Source: the human T2T-CHM13v2.0 reference genome, Homo sapiens. From it: 64,000 bases of DNA. How positions within the stretch are numbered: the stretch's first letter is position 1; every line of letters starts with the position of its first letter. Below, piece by piece: positions 14,884 to 29,183 of the stretch. The notes under the pieces were generated by a model. It searched no databases. It was not told where the DNA came from and was given only the letters and a program-made list of their open reading frames with translations. The translations under genes and the position numbers were made by a program. The stretch lies in assembly GCF_009914755.1 (NCBI RefSeq), contig NC_060938.1; one strand, written 5' to 3'.

Positions 14884-16204
14884 TATGTGTATTTAATAGG
14901 ATGACTATTAAACTACTAGAAACTATTATAAAAAATTTACCATCATAAGAGTAGAGTGGTAATTATGTTGTTATTTATTTATCAGTTATAATGCCTAGGC
15001 AAAGTTTTTCTACTTCTTCATGATTAGGGAGCAGAATCCAACAGACCCATGAAAGAGGGTCCAGTCCTTTTGTAATAAACCTGAATGGTTTGAATAAATC
15101 TAAACTGACTCAGCTGAAAAAAAGACTCTTACAAGTAACATTTAAAATTAACATGTGAATTTTATATCTTCCCATTCAAATGTTATCTCCAATGTCTGCA
15201 AAGGGATATAAAAAGGAGGAGCCAGGAGTGTATGTGGTGTGGTTGAGGGATGGCGGGGGGTCAGTCCACCTGGAGCAGAGCGAGTGGAAGGGAGTGCAGG
15301 AGGAGGGAGGTTAGAGAAATGATGGACAGCCAGATGTGACGGGATGGCCCCTGGAAACTGGCAGGAAGGCTTTGGATTTTACTTTGAATGAGATCTGAAG
15401 CTATGAAGAGTTTTGATAACAGAATAATGTTATCTAACACATACATCTCAACAGGATTGCTCTGGCTGCTGCTTTGACGGTCAACTAAAGATGGGTGACA
15501 GTGGCATCAGGTAGAATGTAGACAACAGATGATGGCAGCAGGGGAGTAGCAGTGGAAATGGTGAGAATAGTCAGATTTTGGAGATATACACACACTTATC
15601 TCCAATATAATATTTTATACATATGCACATATACTATTTAATACATACATACTATTTTGAGGATAGAACAGACAGGATTTGCAGACAGACTGAAGTATGA
15701 GAGATACTGAAGATCATTCTAAAGTTTTTGCCCTGAGAAACTGGAGGGCAGGAGATGCCATAAATTTAGAGGGGAAGACTGTGGAAGGAGCGGGTTTGGG
15801 CGGGTGAGGGTTGGGGATGAGTGGAGATCAGGAATTTCGTTTTGGGAACACCAAGTCTGAGATGTCTATTAAACATCCTATTGGAGATATTGAATAAGCA
15901 GTTAGGTGTTTGAGTCTGGAGATCAAAGGAAAGATCTGGGCTTGATATAGAAATATGGGAGTCATCAGCATTTGGGAGATGTTAAACACCATGATTTGAC
16001 ATCACCAATGGAGTAAGCATAGGCATGGGAGACATGTGGCCAAGGACCCAGAGTTTAGGGAGGAAGACCTAGCAGGGATGAGAAGGAGCGGTCAATGAGG
16101 TAGGAGAAAACACACGATATTTAATATCCTAGAAGCCAAGAAAAATCTGCTTCAAAAAAGAGAATGATCAACCATGTCAAATGTGGTTAAGTTAGATGAG
16201 GATC

Positions 16205-16660
16205 ATCTTAGTTTGGGTTCTCTAAGGCAGAGATGGTGGACAAGGTATTTATTTGGGAGATGATCCCAGGAACAGGAATGAGAGAGCAGAGAAGTGAGAT
16301 AGTGAAAGAAGAAAGCCAATAAAGGGTGTGTTATTGAGATGGTTGCTCCAGACTGTGGGGTCAGCTCCACTGAGACATCTAAGAAGGATGTAAAGCGCCA
16401 GCCACAATTTTCTGCTCAGACAATGGGAAGCTGGGACATGTGTCTGGTCCCCCTTGGTTGAGGGTTTTCTTGAGAGTGTTAACTCTTCTCTACTTCTGGG
16501 ATTTGCAAGCTCTTGTGGGAGAAACCTTGAGGCTGAAAGCAGAGAGAGATGAGGTGGGTGCTTGTTAAGGAATGCTGTTAATGAGCACGGAACCAACTGC
16601 AGCTATGACTGAAATTAGAGGTGGGCCCAGGGAACATGACATGTACCATAGAAAGTGTCT
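16205..16660 (-). mobile_element. Old MLT1 (I-L class) LTR inside L2
   Basis: 'tcttagtttgggttctc...gtatttatttgggagatgatcccagg...aagccaataaagggtgtgttattgag' is typical of antisense MLT1I/K. Confidence 0.65.
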
Positions 16661-17929
16661 ACTTCGAAGATTGACAGTTGACTGCCAGAGTTTACAAAGT
16701 GAGTTTCCCTAGTGACCTTGAGAAAGCAATGTAATGGAGTGGTGGGGTAAGCCTGGCTGGAGTTGGTTAAGGAAGAGGGGCTGGAAAGAGCATATAGACA
16801 GTACTAAAGGAGAGTGCAGTCAAGAGGCTGGAGGGGAAGTGGGAGCAAGAGATTTTCTTCTTAAGATGGGAGAAATAATAGCATGTACAGTGATAGGAAT
16901 AACTCAGTAGAAAGGGAAAAATCTCTGATGCAGGAGAGAAAGAATTGATGGAACAGTGTCTTTGAGTAGAAGAGAGGTTGGAATCCAGTGCATAAATGGA
17001 GGATTTGACCTAAGATGGGAACACAAGCAATTCATCTCTAATAAAAGGGAAGAAAGAGTATATGGAAGGAAAGTTTGGTCCCTTCTGATTGTCTGTCTGT
17101 CTGTCTGTCATTTTGACAGGGGGAAAAAACATTCAAAATTTATTTTCCAGCAGACAGCATCAGTGGATAAAACTACAGGGGTTTCTCTGTAGATCATACA
17201 TTCACAAGACATTATCATCTCAACAGTGAGAAAGCCACTGTTGTGTTCTCCGTAACAGTATCCACTTCACAGTGTAAGCATGTACTATTGTGTTCACTTA
17301 CAATTCCAGAAGGAAAGGCACAGCTTGGCAAAAAAAAAAAAAAAAAAAAAAAGAAAGAAAAAAAGAAAAAAAAAATTGGGGAATCCTAAAGTCAAGGTGC
17401 AATAACTAAGAGACAAAACTTGGCAAACAGTCTTAGGTCCACATTTCAATCAGGGCCTTCCGCATACAGGGGAAAGACTTTTCCACCCAGAAGTTAGGAT
17501 CTTTCTTTCTCCTTTCCCGTTAAGCCATTAGAGGAACAATAATTCATATGCTCAATGTTATTACATGTACAAAAGGAGATTATAAAAAAATGGAATAAAA
17601 AGATCATCTTGAACATTCAGTTCTTCCCACCAATACATCAACTCTTAAGTTTAAGACAGGGCCTGGGAATACTTCAGTGGTCTTAAAATAGGAAAGCAGA
17701 GACTATGACTACAACAAATAAAAAATAAATGAGGTAGATAAAATAAAGCTTTCACACCCAGGATTTGCCTGTTCCAACTTCCTAGGCTTCATGAAATACC
17801 CAGGAAAAAAAATCTTCATAATTACTTGGCATAAGTCGCACCAAGGAAATTAAACAAAAAAATTAGTACGTGAACTTGTGATAGGAAACGTGTCCTTCCA
17901 TAAGTTTCTTCTCAAGAATGAAAAACTAG

Positions 17930-18897
<968 letters not shown>

Positions 18898-19669
18898 GCA
18901 CTGGAAAACCAAATTAAGTCACCTGAGATTCCTAGCTCAAGTGCTCACAGGAAGATGAAGGCATCTGGGAAGTGTGGGGAGGACATTGGCACACTTGGGG
19001 CTCCAAGCGAACTATATTATAATAAGCAGCAACACATTGACTCCCTAAAGACTAACATAAATCCATTTGAAGGCATCTTAAGGTTCTAAGGTTGAAATAA
19101 TTTTATAATTCTTTGTTTGGAAAAGTACATTCAAAAGAAAACAAAAAGATGTGGATAAGGTCGGGGACATATAAAACAAGTCCCTAAATAGATGACAGAC
19201 CTTGTCCATATACCCACATACAGTTGCCACAGAAATAAACAGTACCCTTCTCCTCAATTAGGCTCAATAGTTGTCTTTTCCACTGTGGTTCAGTACGTTT
19301 TAATGGTTCCACCTTGAAATAGGTAACAATCTTTGGAAAAAGTCACTCTAGGTTGCACAAAGGTTTTATGTTTACAGTTTGGTACAAGTAACAAAGCTAC
19401 TTTGAAAGAACTGCTTCTTTCCAAACAACAACAACAACAACAACAAACCATTCTAGCCTGTATTTGTTTGGGTGTGATTTATTTTTAGTTTTCATTTTTT
19501 GCAAAGCAGCACAGAAGCAATTATAGGAGTGTAGTAATAACCTTTGTAAACATCATTTGCATATCAGTAAGAACTGATTGTCTTTCATTCCTTTTTAGTG
19601 AAAGAGGAAGCAAGATGATCAACTCAGAGTGAATAAGGTGGGGAGGTGCTGGCAATTTGAGATTTGTCA

Positions 19670-19885
19670 TCTAGGACTGCAGTGCACAAAGTGGCCAGTT
19701 GGGGAGCCCTTGGTTACTGACTTGCCAGGAGATGAGTACAGAAAGTGAGAGCAAGCTTTTAGAAACTGTTATAGCACTTGACATTGCTGTAACATTTTTA
19801 TTGTATTTTTAAAAAGTATTGGTCTATAATAGATTGGAAATAAAAACATCTAGTCCTCACAGCAGATAGTTTAAGAGGCACTGGG
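19670..19885 (-). mobile_element. hAT-Charlie-type DNA transposon fragment
   Basis: Ends in 'cagatagtttaagaggcactg', like a Charlie/MER terminal repeat; family uncertain. Confidence 0.4.
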
Positions 19886-20628
19886 CCAAGAGAATGGGAG
19901 AAAATGGAGTAGGGAAAAGTAGAAAGATTGCTGCACTACATTGAGGATCCACCTGAGGCTTGAGGCCATGAATTTCATGTGAGGCCATTCGATTCAAGAG
20001 TGTTTTTCTCCAGCCTTGTTTAGCTATGTTGATACAGGCAGTGTTGGATTTTACCAGGGTGTGGTTTTGCTAAGTGGGCCTAATGCAGTGGGAAGATGCA
20101 AGTGTTGAGGAAGTATTCAAGTGAGGTGTACGGAGACTGACCATGGCATTTTAAGCTGGGGGAAGAAGAAAGCAATCGGAGGAGGGTGAGAGGCAGTGAC
20201 GAAAGTGGTAGGATGGATGGAATCTAGGACCAGGAAGAATCAAGTTGGCTGGAGTTGGAATGTAGGACCAGCAAGGAGTGAACTAGAAGTATGGAAGGTG
20301 GTGATCAGAGAGTGGGATTCCTGATAATGAGATTCATCACAATACTGCTCACCAACTGGGAGGGAATCTGAATTAATTATTTTGTATATATCCAGTGGAC
20401 TATTTTGTAGCCATTAGAGCTCATGTTGTCATTCTATTTCTTTATGGGCACAGAAATGTTCAGGATATCTTAAGTGAAAAAAGCTTACCAATTTGCAAAA
20501 TTAAGTGGCAAAATTTACTAATTTTTTTTGGTAAAAATATAAACATTTTAATGCACAGAAGTCTTAACTGTGGTAGTATCTGGATGGTTGAATCACAGAT
20601 GCCTTTTACTTTCTTTCGGATAATCTCC

Positions 20629-20917
<289 letters not shown>

Positions 20918-20933
20918 TGATAGAATTCTTACA

Positions 20934-21298
20934 TAGGCATATTTTAGAGATACTGGGGATTCAGTTCCAGCCTATTGCAATAAAGCAAGTATCTCAATAA
21001 AGTGAGTCACACAAATGTTTTGGTTTCCTAGTGCATATAAAAGTTACGTTTACACCATGCTATAGTTTATTAAGTATACAATAGCATCATATCCAAAAAA
21101 ATACCTACCTTAATGAAATATACTTTATTGCTAAAAAAATACTGGCACAGAGTCACAAAGTGAGCACATACTTTGGAAAAATAGTGCTGACAGACTTGCT
21201 TGATGTAGGGTTGCTACAAACTTTCAATTTGTAAAAAAAACACACACAATATCTGCAAATCACAATAAAATGAAGCGCAATAAAGTGAGTTATGTGTG
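20934..21298 (-). mobile_element. Internally deleted Tigger1 derivative
   Basis: Both ends match the two ends of the full-length Tigger1 at 44845-48044 and are joined directly near 21140. Confidence 0.82.
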
Positions 21299-21671
21299 CT
21301 TTATTGTTATATTCTTATAGCTTTATGAAAGTATAATTTGCATGCAAAAATTCACCAGTTTTAAGTGTACCATCCTATAACTTTTGACAAGTGTGTAGTT
21401 TTGAAACTACCACCACATTCATCTTGTAGAACATTTCTCTCATGCCAAAAAATTTCCCTTGTCGCCCATTGCAGTCAGTCTCCTCTCCCACCTCCCGGAC
21501 CCTGGAAACCAGTGATCTGCTTTCCATCATGATAGTTTTGTCTTCTCTAAAATTTTATATAGATGGGATCATATCATATGTCATCCTTTGTGTCTGGCTT
21601 CTTTCACTTAACATAATGCTTTGGAGATTCATCATTGTTCTTGTGTGCATCAATGTTTATTCCCTTTTAAA

Positions 21672-23290
21672 AAGTAGACATATGTTAGAGTAGTTTTAGG
21701 TTCACACTAAAATTGAAGGGGAGGTGCAGGGATTTCCCACCCATGCCCTGCCCCTACACATGCACAGCCTTCTTCACTATCAGCATCTCCCACTAGACTG
21801 ATACATTTGTTAACACTGAGGAACCTACCCTGGCATATCATCATCATCCAGAGTCCATTAAGGTTCACTCTTGGTGTTGTACATTCTCTGAGTTTGGACA
21901 AATGTATAGTGACATGTATTCATTATAGTATCATACAGAGTAGTTTCACTGCCCTAAACATTTTCTGTGCTCTGTCCATTCGTCCTTCTACCCTTTCTAA
22001 CCCCTGGCAATTACTGATATTTTTACTGTCTCCACAGTTTTTGTCTTTTCCATAATGTCATATGGTTGGAATCATACAGGATATAACCTTTTCAGATTGA
22101 CTTCTTTCACTTTGTAATATGCATTTAAATTTCCTCCATGGCTTGTCATGGGTTGATAGCTTATTTCTTTTTAGCACCGAATAATGTTCTATTGTCTAGA
22201 TTCACCACAGTTTGTTTATCCATTTACCTATTGAGGGACATCTTGGTTGCTTCCAAGTTTTGGCAATTATGAGTAAAGCTGCTATAAACATTCATGTGCA
22301 GTTTTTTGTGTGGACATATATTTTCACGTCCTTTGGGTAAATCCTAAGGAGAATGACTGCTGGATCATATGGTAAAAGTGTGTTTAGTTTGTTAAGAAAC
22401 TTCCAAACCGTCTTCCAAAGTGGTTGTACCATTTTGCATTCCCACCAGCAGTGAATGAGAGTTCCTGTTGTTCCGCAACCTCTCCAGCATTTGGTGTTGC
22501 CAGTGTTCTGGATTTTGGCTATTCTTATACATGGTATCTCATTGTTTTAATTTACCTTTCCCTGACAACATATAATCTGGAACATCTTTTTACATGTTTA
22601 TTTGCCATCTGCGCATCTTCTTTGGTGAGGTGTTTGTAAAGCTCTTTGGCCCATTTTTCAATCAGGTTGTTTGTGTTCTTACTGTTGAATTTTAAGAGTT
22701 CTTTGTATATTTTGGATAACAGTTCTTTATCAGATAGTGTTTTGCAAATATCTTATTCCAGTCTGTGGCATATGTTCTCATTCACTTGACTTTCTCTTTC
22801 ACAGAGCGGAAAGATTTAATTTTAATAAAGTCCAACTTATCAATTCTTTCTTTTGTGGATTGTGCCTTTGCTGCCGCATGTAAAAAATCATCACCAAATC
22901 CAGATCATCCAGATTTTCTCCTATGTTATCTTCTAGGGGTTTTGTAGTTTAGTGTTTTACATTTAAGGCTGTGATCCATTTTGAGTTAATTTTTGTGAAG
23001 GGTGAAATGTCTGTCTAGATTCATTTTTTTTTTGCATATCAATGCCCAGTTGTTCCAGCACCAGTCGTGGAAAAGATTATCTTTGCTCCATTGTATTGCC
23101 TTTGCTCCTTTGTCAAAAATCAGTTGACTGTATGTATGTGGGTCTAATTCTTGGCCCTCTGTTTTATTCTATTGATCGATTTATTCTTTCACCAATGCTA
23201 CATTGTCTGTAGTTTTATAGCACGTCTTGAAGTTGGGTAGTATCAGTCCTCCAACTTTGTTCTTCTTCAATACTGCATGGACTATTCTGG
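21672..23290 (-). mobile_element. 5'-truncated L1MC1/2-like element
   Basis: Antisense 3' end 'agagtagttttaggttcacactaaaattg...ggttcactcttggtgttgtacattctctgagtttggacaaatg', followed by the ORF2 C-terminus. Confidence 0.75.
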
Positions 23291-23419
23291 TAATTTGTTC
23301 TGTTTTATGTGGAGGAATATACTTTTGTATGAATAGACCACAATTTGTTTATCCATTCACCAATTGGTAGACTTGGGGTTGTTTCAAATTTTCCACTATT
23401 ATGAATAAAACTATTACGA

Positions 23420-25370
23420 CCCAGGAGGAGGTACTCCCCTTACAGGCTGACGTTGTCCAACGTGAGGAGGAATTGAATTCCCTGAAGCAGAAGCTGGCAG
23501 CGGCCCTTTTGGCGGAGCAGGAACCGCAGCCAGAACGACTGGTTTCGGTGTTGCAGCTGCCGCGGAAGGCCGCTGTGTTCCAAGATGAGATTCTGCGCTC
23601 TAGCCGGCAGTTAGTGCTGCCCGAGCTGGGCGTGCACAGACACGTGCTAGTCGTGGGCTGCGGTGGGCTCCGCTGTCCACTGGCGCAGTACTTGGCAGCG
23701 GCCAGCGTGGGCCGCCTTGGCCTTGTGGATTATGATGTGGTAGAGATGAGCAACCTGGCCTACCAAGTGCTGCATGGCGAGGCACTGGCTGCACAGGCCA
23801 AGGCCGCTTCGGCCGCCGCCTCGCTGCGCGGCCTCAATTTGGCGGTGGAATGAGTGCGGTACTCTCAGGCCCTTTTATGCCGGTCCCTACCCTAGACCCG
23901 CTCCGCCGATATGATGTGGTGGCGACTGCTCGGACAACGTGTCCACTCGCTACCTGGTTAATGACGCATGTGGCTGGCCGGTTGGGCCCTAGTGTCTGCC
24001 AGCGCCTGGAGGGCTAAATCACAGTCTACCATTATGACGGTGGGCCTTGCTATCGCTGCATATTCTCCCAGCCACCCCCGGCGGAGACAGTGACCAACTG
24101 CGCGGATGGCGGGATGCTCCGTGTCTTAACCGGGGTCCTGGGCTGCCTGCAGGCCTTGAAAGTGCTGAAAATTGCTGCGAGTCTGGGCCCCTCTTACAGT
24201 GGCAGCCTGTTGCTCTTTGATGCCCTGAGAGGGCATTTCTGCTGTATTCGGCTGCGGAGCTGCAGGCTCGACTGTGCAGCTTGCGGGAAATGGCCCACTG
24301 TGACTCATCTGCTGGACTATGAAGCCTTCTGTGGCTCCTCAGCCACCGATAAATGCCGCTCCCTGCAGTTACTGGGCCCAGAGGATCGTGTTTCTGTCAC
24401 TGACTATAAGCGACTTCTGGATTCTGGGGCACCCCATCTGTTGCTGGACATCAGGCCTAAGATGGAGGTGAGCATCTGTCTTTTGCCTCATGCCCTACAC
24501 ATCCCTCTGAACGCAGGGATGCGGAGAGCCTGAAGCTCTTAGGAGAAGCAGTCCGGAAAGGGAAACAGGGCACACAAGAAGGGGCTGCTCTCCTCATTTA
24601 TGTGATTTACAAACTGGGAAATGAATCACAGAAAGCCGTGAAGATCCTCCAGGCCTCATCAGCAGCTCAAGAGTTAGACTATTTAACAGTTTGGAATATT
24701 GTGGGGGACCTCATGGCCTGGGCTGCCCAAAACGGTGGAACATTTCCACAGTACTAAGGTGACTGGTATAGTCTGATGGGAAAGATGTGGATTGCCGTAA
24801 TACCGCAAAGATATATTTATTTGCATTTTTCAGTAATATACATAGGAGCTGGAGATTCTACAGTATCTGTGAATACATGGACTCCTTTTTTATAAAGAGT
24901 TTTAAAAATTGTTATATATTGGGTGACTTATTAATGGATTATACTGTTTCTGGGAATCATCATTTTTTTTCAGCACATGGAGGGTGTCTTGAACATGTGA
25001 GATGTAATGTGACAGGATTTTGTATTTAAGCTGCAGATCATTTACCTGTCCTTATTTTCCACCTCCCCCAGTCAAAATGCTTTCTAAATCATTTTATATC
25101 TGGAATTAAGGTGCAGTAAACTTAGTCTTACGAAATTGATCACAGATTATATACTTAGGATCAGTTTACTGTTTACTTAAGAAATTATTGGATCTTATTA
25201 ATATTTCAGATGATAGAATACATCCTACAGAAATACATGTTTAAAATGTAAGTTGTTTTAATTATTCAGAAAGTGGGTCATTCTATTTGGCATTTTGAAT
25301 TAGTATCAAAATGAGATCTTTAAAGTTTACCAAAATAAAGGAAACCACCTTTGTAGTCTGAAAAAAAAAA
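23420..25370 (+). pseudogene. MOCS3P: MOCS3 (adenylyltransferase/sulfurtransferase, UBA4 homologue) processed pseudogene
   Basis: Translations match MOCS3 ([24 protein letters not shown]; [10 protein letters not shown]; [17 protein letters not shown]; GPCYRCIF; [14 protein letters not shown]; GTFPQY* with TAA at 24755-24757). Lesions: native ATG lost, premature TGA 23851-23853, frameshifts and deletions. 3' UTR, AATAAA 25334-25339, poly(A) 25361-25370, TSD aaaactatta(c/t)ga at 23407-23419 and 25367-25379. Confidence 0.97.
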
Positions 25371-28300
25371 CTATTATGAATACTCGTGTATAAGTATTTG
25401 TGTGGATACATGCTTTAATTTTTCTTGGGTAAATACCTAGGAGTTGACTTGCTGGGGCTGGGTTATATGGTAGATGGGTACACATTTAGCTCTACAAAAA
25501 ATTGCCAAAAAAGGAAGAGGAGGGTGGGGGAGAAAGGAAAAAATAATTGCCAAAATGTTTTCCATAGTGGCTGTACCATTTTGTATTCTCCCTAGCAATG
25601 TATGACATTTCCAGTTGCTTTACATCTTCTATTATACTTGATATCATCAATTTATTTTTATTTTTGTCATTCTCATGGTTATAACAAGGTATCTCATGTT
25701 GGTTTTAATTTGCATTTTTCCAATGACTAATGATGTTGACCATCTTCTCATATGCTTATTTGCCATCTATACCTATTCTTTGGTAATATATGTGTTCAAA
25801 TCTTTTGTTCATTTAAAAATTATGTTTGTCTTATTATTGCATTATGAGGGTTCTTTAGTGTGCATACAAGTTCTTTGTCAGATATGTATTTTGCAAATAC
25901 TCTCCTGTAGTCTGTGGCTTGCCTTTTAGTTTTTCTAACAGCATGCTTTAAAGAGTAAAAATTTTAAATTTTGATAAAATCCAATTATTTTTTCTTTTAT
26001 ATTTAGTGCCTTCTGTGTTCTACAGAAGAAATCTTTGCCTAATCCAAAGTCAAAAGAATTTTCTCCAATGTTTTTTCCTAGAAGTTTTATAGTTTTAGAT
26101 GTTACATTTAGATCTGTGATGCATTTTATATTTTTGCTTATGTTGTGAGCTAAGGGTCTAGGCTCATTTTTTTTTTCATATGCACATGTAATTATTTTAA
26201 TAGCACTTGTTGAGATTATCCTTTCCCGGTTGCATTATCTAGGCATTTTTCCTGAAAAGTATTTATATATGTTTGAGATTATTTCTGGAGTCTCTCTTCT
26301 CTTTCATTGTTCTATGTGTCTATCTTTATGCTAATATCATACTGCTTTGATTACTGTAGCTTTATATATAATAAGTGTTGAAATCAGGTAGTGTAAATCT
26401 TTTTCTTTTTCATTTTTTCAATCCTGTTTTGGGTAATCTAGGTCATTTTATTTCCATGTCAATTTTAGAATTAACTCATCATTTTCTGTGAATAAATTCT
26501 TCCTGGATTTTCTTGTTTGTACGTTAAAATTTGTTGAGAAAAAGAAATAAATGGCATATAGGTTGAAAAGGAGGAAGTAAAACCCTTTATTTGCTGATTT
26601 AACCTCACGGTGACTCATTTTCTCATGCGGTTTGTGAGAATTTTGCTAGTTTGTCTTCAGTGAATTTCCCCTGTAGCCAACGTCTAGAAGACCCATATGC
26701 TCTGAACTATGAATTGGAATCTACATAAAAGCTACGAGAATTAATAAATGAGTCTAACAAGATGCAAGGGAAAATATACAAAAATTGTTTTTCTATATAC
26801 TAGCAATTAACTTAAAACAATATTATTTACAATGAAAATACATTACTATTTACAATAAAAAACAATACTATTTACATCAGCATAAGAAATATGACAGACT
26901 TAGGAAGTGATTTAACAAGTTTGTACTGTTGAATAGGATGACCTTGCTCCCAGTCTTGGGGGAAAGCATTTAGTCTTTTACCATTAAGTCTGCTGTTGCT
27001 TGTAGATTTTTCAAAGATGCTCTTTATGAAGTTGAGGCAGTTTCCTTCTATTCCTAGTTTGCTGAAAGTTTTGATCAAAAATAGATGTTGAATTTTGCCA
27101 AGTGCTTTTTCTGCATCTGTAGAGAAGATCATATGGTTTTCTTTAACTAGTCTGTTAATATGTTGAATTACATTGAGTTTTGAATGTTGAATCAGTCTTG
27201 TATTATTGGGATAAACTCCACTTGTTCTTATGTATTACCTCTTTTAGGTTGGGTTTCTTTGGATAACATTTTAAGAGTTTTGTGTGTCTATATTCTTGTT
27301 CATGAAAAATATTGGTCTAAATTTTCTTTCCCTAAAGTAGAGAGTAGAATAATAGTTGCCAGAGTCTGGGAAGGGTAGTCTGGGAAGGATTTAAAGAGAT
27401 GTTCTTTCTCTCTTTTCTGAGAATGGTGTCTTCTCTCTTTTTTTAATCTTAATCAGTGTGATTAGAGGTTTATCAATTTTATTGTTTTTTCCAAAGAAAT
27501 AACATTTGGTTTAGATTTTTTTGTTATTTAAAAAAATTTTATTTCCTTAATTTTTGCTTTCATCTGCTTATTATTACCTTTCATCTGCTTACTTTGTTAT
27601 ATTTTGCTCTTATTTGTCAGATTTCTTAAAATGGAAGCATTGATTTTAAATATTTGTATTTTTATAATATAAGCACTACTTTTGCTGCATTGCATTCATT
27701 TTGGTATATTTTGTCTTCATTTTTATTCATTTCAAAAAATTTTTAAATTTCCCTTTTGACTTCTTTTAATCATGGGATATTTATAAGTATGTTCTTTAGT
27801 TTCCAAATATTTGGGGGAACTGTCTAGAAACCTTTTTATTATTGATTTCTTATTTAACTCTCTTTCAATAACATTTGTATGAGATGATTCCTTTTAAATG
27901 TGTTAAGACTTGTTTTGTTGCCCAGATTATGGTCTGGGTAAATGTCCCATGTTCACTTTATAAGAATATTTTGTTTTTGTTGGTTGTTCTATAAATGCTG
28001 ATTAATTTTATTGATAGTGTTTTTCTAGTGTTTTATATCCTTACTGAATTTCTGTCTACTTTTTCTATCAATTATTGAGGTTCTGGTATTAAAATATCCA
28101 ACAATGCTTATGAATTAGTCTGTACATTTATCCTTCTAATTCCATCAGCATTTGCTTCATGCATTTTGAAGTTTTTTATTATCTGAATAAACATTCAAGA
28201 TTTCTATGTACTCCTGATGACTTGATCCCTTTATGATTATGAAATGATCCTTTTCTTTGGTAATATTTTATTGTGAAATTTAACCTTAGTATAGCCACTC

Positions 28301-28811
28301 AGCTTTATTTCGGTTAGTTTTAGTGTGGTTTATCTTTTTTCTATCTTTTTTACTTGTAATAATTCTGTCTTTTTACTTAAAGAGTATTTCCTGCAGATAG
28401 CATACGTAGTTGAGTATTGTCCTTTTATCCAATTTTATAGTCTGTTTTTTAGTTGGTGAGTTTAGACATTTCCATTTAAGGTTGGATTTAAACCTACCAT
28501 TTTATTATTTGTTTTCTATTTGTCTTACCGTCTTTATTCTTTTTGCTTTGTTTCTACCTTCTTTTGGATTAAATGAAAATTTATTAATATTATATTTTAG
28601 GTTTTTTTGGCTTATTAGCTCTATCTTTTTTGTTGTTTAATGGTTGCTCTAGAGTTTACAGTATAACTTTTAAATTTATCAACATCTACTTTCAAATAAT
28701 ATTACAGTGATTTCCACATATTTTAAGAAACTTAAAATTGTATAGTTCTATTTCTCTTGGTCTTTGTGTTGTTGTCATACATTTTACTGCCACATATGTT
28801 ATACACCCAAC

Positions 28812-29183
28812 TGCTGTGGACTGAATGTTTGTATCCCTCCACAACTCACCTATTGAAGCCTAATGCCCAATGTGATGGCATTTGTAGGTGAAAGCTTTGG
28901 GAGATAGTTAGGTCAAGAGAATGGATCCCTCATGAATGAGATTAGGGTCCTTATAATAAGAGACATGAGAGAGTTTTCTTTCCCTTTTTTTGTTCTCTGC
29001 CATGTGAGGTTATGAAGAGAAGATGGCTATCTGCAAACCTGGGAGCAGGCTCTAACCAGACACTACATCTTCCAGTGCCTTGAACTTGGACTTCCCTCCC
29101 CACAGAACTGTGAGAAATAAATATTTGTTGTTTAAACCACCCAATCTGCTAATTTGTTATAGAAGCCCAAATTGACCAAGATA
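28812..29183 (+). mobile_element. MLT1A-type MaLR solo LTR
   Basis: tgctgtggactgaatgtttg ... gaactgtgagaaataaat ... attgaccaagata. Confidence 0.82.

Noticed and set aside
23401-24757. Functional MOCS3 gene
   Set aside because: Premature TGA, frameshifts, a mutated glycine-rich loop and catalytic Cys, plus poly(A) and TSD, all indicate a pseudogene.
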